From Octopus sinensis (lineage: Eukaryota): DNA of 59,553 bases. The position numbers and the translations under genes were made by a program. Shown here piece after piece: positions 51,867-59,553 of the stretch. The notes beneath the pieces were generated by a model. That model saw only the letters and a program-made list of their open reading frames with translations, was not told the DNA's origin and did not search any database. Each line of letters starts with the position of its first letter. The stretch's first letter is position 1. Location: contig NW_021834573.1 in assembly GCF_006345805.1 (NCBI RefSeq), positions 1-59,553 of the forward strand, read 5' to 3'.

Positions 51867-52766
51867 GCTATAAATACACACATACAAACACATACAAACA
51901 TACACACATGCACACAAATATACACGCAGTATATATATATATATACATGGCTGTATGCGTTGTGTGCACGCGCGCATTTTACAGTAGAAATACGACAAAT
52001 TTAAATGAAATAGTAAATAAAAGAAAATAAGAATGTTTTTTTTTATATTCTAACAAACACACGTAATGCTATAATAGAACAAACTAAATTTCTTCTTCTT
52101 CTTCTTTCTTTCGTATAAGTTGATATATATATATGTATATATATATGTGTATATATATGTACCTATGCGTATGTATATATATGTTGTATATATGTTATAT
52201 ATATATATATATTATATATATATATATATGTATATATATATGTGTGTGTGTGTGTGTATATATATAATATATTGTGTGTGTGTGTATTATTCTATATGAT
52301 CTCGTATCATGCTTAATAAATATTAAACAATCCCAAATGTGAACCACATGATCCAGAGTGTAGAGTTATATATATATATATTATATATATATATATTATA
52401 TCCATACACACACACATATGTGTGTATATACATGCATGCACACATATACATACATATACATATTTACAGAACGATATATATATATATATATATACCTATA
52501 TATGTATATATTCATACACGCATACATATGTATATATATAGAGTAAAAGAGTATATATATTTATATGTATATATATGTATAGGTATTTATATACGTTATA
52601 TATACATATATGTATATATATATATGTGTATGTGAGCGTCTATATGTTAAAGATAGGATCAGATAGAATGAGATAATATACGATAAAATTCAAGTATATG
52701 AAACAGAATAAAAAAACAATAATCTTCTCATTTTATTAAATACACATCATGATATAATACTAATAA

Positions 52767-52808
<42 letters not shown>

Positions 52809-53048
52809 TATACACACATACATATATATATATACATTCACACATACATATATATATATATTTATAAACATACACATATATATATATACACATATATACA
52901 TAACTATATATACACACGTATATATATACATGCACACATACACACACACATATATATATATATATTTATACATACACACTTATGAATATATACAAGCACA
53001 CATACATATATATATATGTATTTATGAACACACATATATATTCACGCT

Positions 53049-53090
<42 letters not shown>

Positions 53091-53095
53091 CACAC

Positions 53096-53139
<44 letters not shown>

Positions 53140-53769
53140 TGTATATATATATATATATATTATATATCTACAGGCACGCATCATATATATATTTATAAAA
53201 GACACACTTTATATATATATATTATATAGATATATTATATATATATATATATATATACACGAATGCTACATAACATACATCATATATATATTATATTTAT
53301 AAAGTACACACACTATATATTCACAACACCACACACACACACATATCACTATGTGTGTAGCAATAAAATTGAGCAGCACTGCTTTATTATATAACAATGT
53401 CAGATAGAAATAGAAGACTAAGAGAATAGTAACGAATCCATGTAACACATCAGTGTGTGTGTCTGTTTGTGTGTGTGTGTGTGTGTGTATGCGTGTGTGC
53501 ACTTTTTTAAATGCATTCACCTATGTGTGTATGCGTGCATGTATTTATGGATGCGAAGTAAGTGAATGTATGCACGTTTGTATGCAATGATCGTTTAAAT
53601 GTATATGCCCATTAGCGCAAGTAAATCTATAAGTACACGCGTACGCGCTTGCGCATGCACTTACGCGCGCACACACACATTGCATATATATATATATGTA
53701 TGTATGTATCCAATTATGTATCTAATCTATATTTATACATCTATGTATCTGTATGTATATATATATGTT

Positions 53770-53804
<35 letters not shown>

Positions 53805-53811
53805 TATACAC

Positions 53812-53842
<31 letters not shown>

Positions 53843-54155
53843 TATATATATACACATCTAATATATATACATATATACTTGTATATACACACACACACAC
53901 ACACACATATACATGTGTGTGTGTGTGTGTATACGTACATGTCAATGCTTGTTCACGAACACACATATATGTGTAAGTAGGTTTGTATGTATGTATGTAT
54001 TTTACTCTCTCTCTCACTATATATATATACATGTATATGTGTGTATGTATAATATATATGTATACATATATGCGTAAGTAGGCTTGTGTGTATGTATGTA
54101 TGTAAGCATGTATGTGTGTTTTGTATGTAGCTATATACAAACACACACACACACA

Positions 54156-54196
<41 letters not shown>

Positions 54197-54302
54197 ATAT
54201 ATATATCTACTAGACATATATATATATATATACACATTATATAATAGATATATATATATATATATACACATATTATACATATATATATATACATCTATAA
54301 TA

Positions 54303-54333
<31 letters not shown>

Positions 54334-54415
54334 CATCTATATATATATATATTATATACAATAACATATATAATATATATATATGTTACATACATACATG
54401 TAACAATGCTTATTA
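51430..54415. repeat. ~3-kb block of degenerate (TA)n/(CA)n/(TACA)n microsatellites
   Basis: Direct reading; source of many spurious Ile/Tyr ORFs. Confidence 0.92.
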
Positions 54416-54911
54416 TGCGAGTGTAATATTCGGCAGTAAGCAATTTATTCTGACTCCCATTTCATTTACTCAGTGCAGTGCTATCATGCAATATTAACAT
54501 CCTGTCTTGGTGATGATGACTTCGCGGAACCACTGGACCACTGTCGAGGAAGGATTCTGCATAATGTTCCCCTACGCAGCATTCCCGAAAGAAAGATATA
54601 AAGCGTTAACTGATGAATTCCTGAAATAAGTAGAAAAAAAAAAAGGAGATATCATAATATATATTTCCGCCTCATATATTTCGGCCACTCCTGCCCCGCG
54701 CATACATATAGATATTTATATATATATTATATTATATATGTAATATATAAATATATATATATGTGTGTGTGTGTGTATATAAATATATACATACATATAT
54801 TTATCGTATATATATATAATAATATCTATATATACATATATATATACATATGTATATACTATATATATTATATATATGTATATATATATATATGTGTATA
54901 TATAATATATA

Positions 54912-54960
<49 letters not shown>

Positions 54961-55001
54961 GTATATATATATATATATATATGTATATGTATATATATAA
55001 A

Positions 55002-55260
55002 GTTAATCCAAACATGAAAACGCAAAGAGAAAACACAAGAACGCGAGGACGTGGAACAAATATGGTATTATTGGACGTTCAGGAAGGAAGGGAAGAAGGA
55101 GGGTTTAACGTTTTGAGCGGAGCTCTTCGTCGGAAACATAGGAGAAGGAAAGATCCAGAGAAGGGAAAACAGAGGACAAAAAAAAGTGGAAGTAGAAGAA
55201 GAAAGGTAAAAAGAGGACGAGGAAAAAGTGGAAGAGTCACGGACAAATTTTTTTGATTTC
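55002..55260 (-). mobile_element. Possible Penelope-like element pLTR remnant
   Basis: Reverse complement contains CCGACGAAGAGCTCCGCTCAAAACGTT, resembling the hammerhead-type CTGANGA...GAAAC motif of PLE pLTRs; it ends in a microsatellite. Confidence 0.4.
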
Positions 55261-56044
55261 CAATCACTATTACAATATATATATTTAGGCGCAGGAGTGG
55301 CTGTATGGTAAATAGTTTGCTTACGGCAACGCATTTCGCCTGGCGTGCTAACGTTTCTGCCAGCTCGCCGCCTTTTTCGTCCAGCTCACCGCCTTCTGTC
55401 GCAGTAACTGTTTCTAATACAATGACAATTCGTTGTACTACTTCAGGCACAAGACCTGAAAGTTCTTTCAGGATCCTCCAAGGTGTGCTCGGTAATCACT
55501 CGAAGAAGATTGAAAAAACCCCCCCCCCAAAAAAAAAACCGATATGTAAACATCGCAAGACGCGCAAAATCTAAACGTAATTAGCCATGCGAGTTCCAGT
55601 TCCCTAAGCAGAGTTTATTACATTTCCGAACGAAGAGTATGCAGATGGTCCCATTCACCTGGTTGGATTACAGAGTTTCACACTTCACTAAATTACTTCC
55701 AAAACTGTTGTGTCAGGGGAGAGTAATTTTCTTTTTGGACCTTATAATTTTACACACTCACCGGTAAAATTTCCACTTATTTCTTATTTTTATTTTCTTA
55801 AAATTTTCGTTGCGTCTTGCAAGCTTTGAAAAGGCAACGAAAATTATGCTTCAACGCACGAACTCAAATAAAGAATCTTGCAAACCAAATCCAAAAACGA
55901 AATAACAAAAACTGATTTTGGTGAATTTTCCCAATACGTATTTTGATTAATTAAAACTGGTTTGATGATGTTTTTTTTTGATCTGATAAATCATGATTTT
56001 TTTTTTTAGAACGGTCTGTTAATCACCAGAGTTGTAGATGTTAG

Positions 56045-56272
56045 TCCCAGTTATTTGTCGCAGTCATTGGATTGCGACCATGCTGTAGCACCGCCTTATA
56101 GGGTTTAGTCGAAGAAATTATATTTATTTTAAGTTCAACTAAGTCCTTCAAACGGGTGTCATGTTCTATTTGGTCTCTGTGAGATCCACCTGCAAAGCTA
56201 TGAGGACGTGAATAAACCAACACCGGTTATCAAGCTGCGTGACGGAAACACGAACACAAATGAACTCACGCG

Positions 56273-56309
<37 letters not shown>

Positions 56310-56470
56310 GCGCGAACACGACGGGCTTTTGTGCATTTTCTGTCTGACAAGTTTACTCACAAGGCATTGGTCGGCTCAGGTCTAGAGCAGAAGACACTTG
56401 CCCAAAGTGCCGCATAGTGGGACTGAACCCGAGACCACGCGGTTGCAAAGCGAACATCATAACCACACAA
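56045..56470 (-). mobile_element. Decayed full-length family-1 SINE
   Basis: CAGTCATTGGATTGCGACCATGCTGTAGCACCGCC...GAAGACACTTGCCCAAAGTGCCGCATAGTGGGACTGAACCC. Confidence 0.8.
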
Positions 56471-56738
56471 TGAAACGAAAATTATTAGCTTCTTTTTAAT
56501 GGCTTGTACAGAAAACGAAGGCTAGTAACCATATCAGTAGACACTTGCTACTGATGAAGCTCCAATAAGGCAGAAATCCGGGTTTAGCAAAGGCAATGCG
56601 ACTGCTGGACAACTTTTGTCTTCAGCTGATATATTTCCATCTTTTTAACATGGTACATCGATAAGATTCTCGAGAATCTTTAACTTTTTGACCTACAGAT
56701 TAAAAAAAAAATTTTTTTGTAACTAAACACTTAGTTAA

Positions 56739-57465
56739 AGCATATATAATTTCGAAAGACTTCTAAACTGCAGTTTTCGTCTCGAGAAAGGATCTTTACC
56801 TTTTGACCAACAGATTTTTAAAATAATGTTTTGTAACTAAACACTTTCAAACTTCGGACACTGGTAGAATGTGTCATATAAAACATCTTTTACTTTTAGC
56901 GTTTTTGAGAAAAACTTATATTTACGAAGTTATTTCACGTTAATGTTCTCGTATTTCGGTAATTTCAACCAATCAATGACGTGTATTCAGCTGAATAAAA
57001 TTACTGCTGTTGTTTGTCAACCACAACTATCGGCGGTGTATATTTAGTTTGTTACTGTTATTTATGACAATCCTAACCCTAAAACCCTAACCCTAACCCT
57101 AAAACCTTAAAACCAGTACAAACGCACGAATGATGTCATAAATAACAGTGACAAACGAAAAATACACCACCGATAGTTGTTGTTGACAAACAACGGTAGT
57201 AATTTTATTCAGATGAATCCACGTCATTGATTGGTTGAAATTACCGAAATGCGAGAACATTAACGTGAAATAACTTCGTGAATATAAGTTTTTCTCAAAA
57301 ACGCTAAAAGTAAAAGATGTTTTATATGACACATTCTACCAGTGTCCGAAGTTTGAAAGTGTTTAGTTACAAAAAAATTATTTTAAAAATCTGTCGGTCA
57401 AAAGGTAAAGATCCTTTCTCGAGACGAAAACTGCAGCTTAGAAGTCTTTCGAAATTATATATGCT
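56739..57465. mobile_element. 727-bp MITE with ~331-bp TIRs, TTAA TSD and AG termini (Kolobok-like)
   Basis: TTAA at 56735-56738 and 57466-57469. Arms 56739-57069 and 57134-57465 are near-perfect reverse complements; 64-bp spacer. Confidence 0.88.
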
Positions 57466-57794
57466 TTAATGTGTATAAGATAGATTGCTAATAAACAAAT
57501 TAATCACTTTCCATTCCTGTTTGTGTTTCCTTTTTTAGATTCGTTGTTCCTGAAGTCTTTTATTTTTGTTTCATTATAGATTTTTCTTTTCATTGACTCA
57601 ATTTGACTAGTAATTATTTTATCTAACACAAAGGGAAGAAATATAAAATTAATATTGTGAGGTGTAGGTAGGTTGATCTAATACGATCTACTCGGAGAGA
57701 TTAATGAATAAATATACACCACAAGATATTAATTCATTCTTCGTTTTCCGGTGTTTTTCGTTTGTCAATCTACCGACCTACATATTCCACCAGA

Positions 57795-57843
<49 letters not shown>

Positions 57844-58030
57844 ACTGTAACGATTGCTACTATAACAGCTACTACTACAACCACTACTACAACTGTTGCT
57901 ATTATAACAGAAACTACTACTATTACTCCTACTCCTCCTCCTCCTCCTCTTCCTCCTCCAACTACTACTACTGCTACTGCTGCTGCTGCTGCTGCTGTTA
58001 CTGCTGCTGTCACTGTTGCTGGTGCTACTG

Positions 58031-58067
<37 letters not shown>

Positions 58068-58104
58068 AATTACTACTAGTACTACTATTACAACAACAAC
58101 AACA

Positions 58105-58139
<35 letters not shown>

Positions 58140-58290
58140 CACAACTGCTGTTACTGCTGTTGTCACTGTTGCTACTATACTACTACTACTACAATTACTA
58201 CTAGTACTACTATTACAACAACAACTACTACTACTACCACAACTGTTGTTACTGCTGCTGCTGTTACTGTTACTGTCGCTGCTGCTGCTG

Positions 58291-58335
<45 letters not shown>

Positions 58336-58355
58336 TTACTACTACTACTACTTTC
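57795..58355. repeat. Compound trinucleotide tract (CTA)n/(CTG)n/(CTC)n/(CAA)n
   Basis: Direct reading. Confidence 0.93.
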
Positions 58356-58795
58356 TTACTCAAGCACAATATACTACACATCTTAAAGAAGGGAATCATT
58401 TTATTCTGAAATGCTCCATTTGAATTAAGAGTAATTTACTATGGCTGCATGAAACGATGTTTTATTGAACAAACGGTAAAAATTTAATTACATTTATTGT
58501 GGAAATGTAATTACAAAGATTAAAATAAGAAATGAATATGTAAAAATCACCATTTATTGACATATCTATATCTGTTTATATGTTCATATGTATGTCTGTG
58601 TGTGTATGTACACACATATGCATTCATACACATGCAGATACACACACACAGATACAAACACATGCACATAATACTTACATATATGTATGTGTGTGTATAT
58701 ATATATGTGTGTGTGTGTATGCATGTATGTATGCATATATGTATGTATGTTTGTATGTATGTATGTATGTATGTATGTATATATATATATGTATA

Positions 58796-59380
58796 TACAC
58801 GGATCAATAAATATCCGTGTTACTGCCATAGTAACGAAGCTAAAGCACGCAGAGTTCACCTTGAACTCTGCTTTACATGCGAACTAAGTTTTAGCGTCCA
58901 CTGTTTACAGCAATGCATGGAAGGAAAGTGTGTAGTGTGTGATCGTCGCATTGACCATAACAGAGAAAGTTATCATGGTAATACCTGCTCAGAGGCCTAC
59001 TCAAAGATGCAGAAAGTGTATGGAGAGGAGTGTACACAAGTGTAGGAGTGGTTCAGACGTTTTCAAGATGGCCGAAAAAATGTCGCTATTGACGAACGTT
59101 CTGGGAGACCCGCAACCAGCAAAACTGAAAAATACATCGCAGATGTGCGTGCAGCTGTGAAGGGAAATCGTCGAATCCCCATCTGAGTTATCAGAGGATT
59201 TGTAGAATAGTTACGGCTCTGTTCAACTCACTATCACTGTTAGATTTGGGTATGAAATGCGTGTCTGCCAAGTTTGTGCTAAAACTGCTTTCAGATGACC
59301 GGAAAGACACTTGGGTTTCAGTTACGCAAGATCTTCATTGAGTCGAGAACGATGAAATCATTTTGAAAACATCGCAAAGG
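58796..59380 (+). pseudogene. Decayed mariner transposon, 5' half
   Basis: GNTCSEAYSKMQKVYGEEC..TQV*EWFRRFQDGRKNVAIDERSGRPATSKTEKYIADVRAAVKGNRRI...LGMKCVSAKFVLKLLSDD: HTH, RSGRP and a WVPHEL-like linker; stops and frameshifts. Confidence 0.87.
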
Positions 59381-59553
59381 CCACTGATCAGACATCACCA
59401 AGTTTCTAGCACAGTTTGATGCAGATTATCTGCTCAACTTTCTTTGTCATGGTCAATGCGACAGTCACACGCTACACACGTTTCTTCCAAGCACTGCCGT
59501 AAACAGCGGTAGTAAGCTAGAGCGTTAACATTTAGTGCACATGCACAGAGCAG
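59381..59553 (-). pseudogene. Second mariner 5' end in opposite orientation (runs off the window)
   Basis: Minus-strand ATG at 59450 gives MTKKVEQIICIKLC*KLGD; 59445-59553 is a diverged reverse complement of 58865-58970. Confidence 0.8.

Noticed and set aside
33492-54497. Numerous Y/I/C/V/H/T-rich ORFs
   Set aside because: Microsatellite translations.
54480-54600. GC-richer island, possible exon
   Set aside because: Short open frames only, with no paired splice sites or recognisable protein.
55802-55845. 12-bp inverted repeat AATTTTCGTTGC...GCAACGAAAATT
   Set aside because: Real but short and AT-rich; there is no CTGANGA partner for a ribozyme and no other support.
56553-56580. CTGATGA...GAAA hammerhead-like motif
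   Set aside because: No pairable stem II.
57072-57108. True telomere or chromosome end
   Set aside because: Only a few degenerate units, internal to a MITE.

Overview
Animal, repeat-dominated genomic DNA with no confidently supported host protein-coding gene. The SINE families resemble those I recognise from Octopus genomes (inference, not a database result). 1-20305 is a ~58-bp, C-rich tandem satellite (~350 monomers) with an almost invariant 17-bp dyad core and kb-scale higher-order duplications. 20306-28130 is a separate complex satellite of a quasi-palindromic 10-mer and a 13-mer, arranged in nested inverted and direct blocks (foldback-like). 28130-59553 is microsatellite-rich dispersed-repeat sequence. 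It contains a head-to-tail pair of non-autonomous Helitrons, one intact Helitron, decayed DD37D (maT) and mariner transposases, three RLE-type (R4/Dong-like) LINE fragments, at least four tRNA-derived SINE families with nested insertions and TSDs, and a TTAA-flanked long-TIR MITE with a telomere-like core. Nearly all ORFs in the supplied track are low-complexity artefacts. Coordinates were read by eye and diffuse repeat boundaries are approximate.
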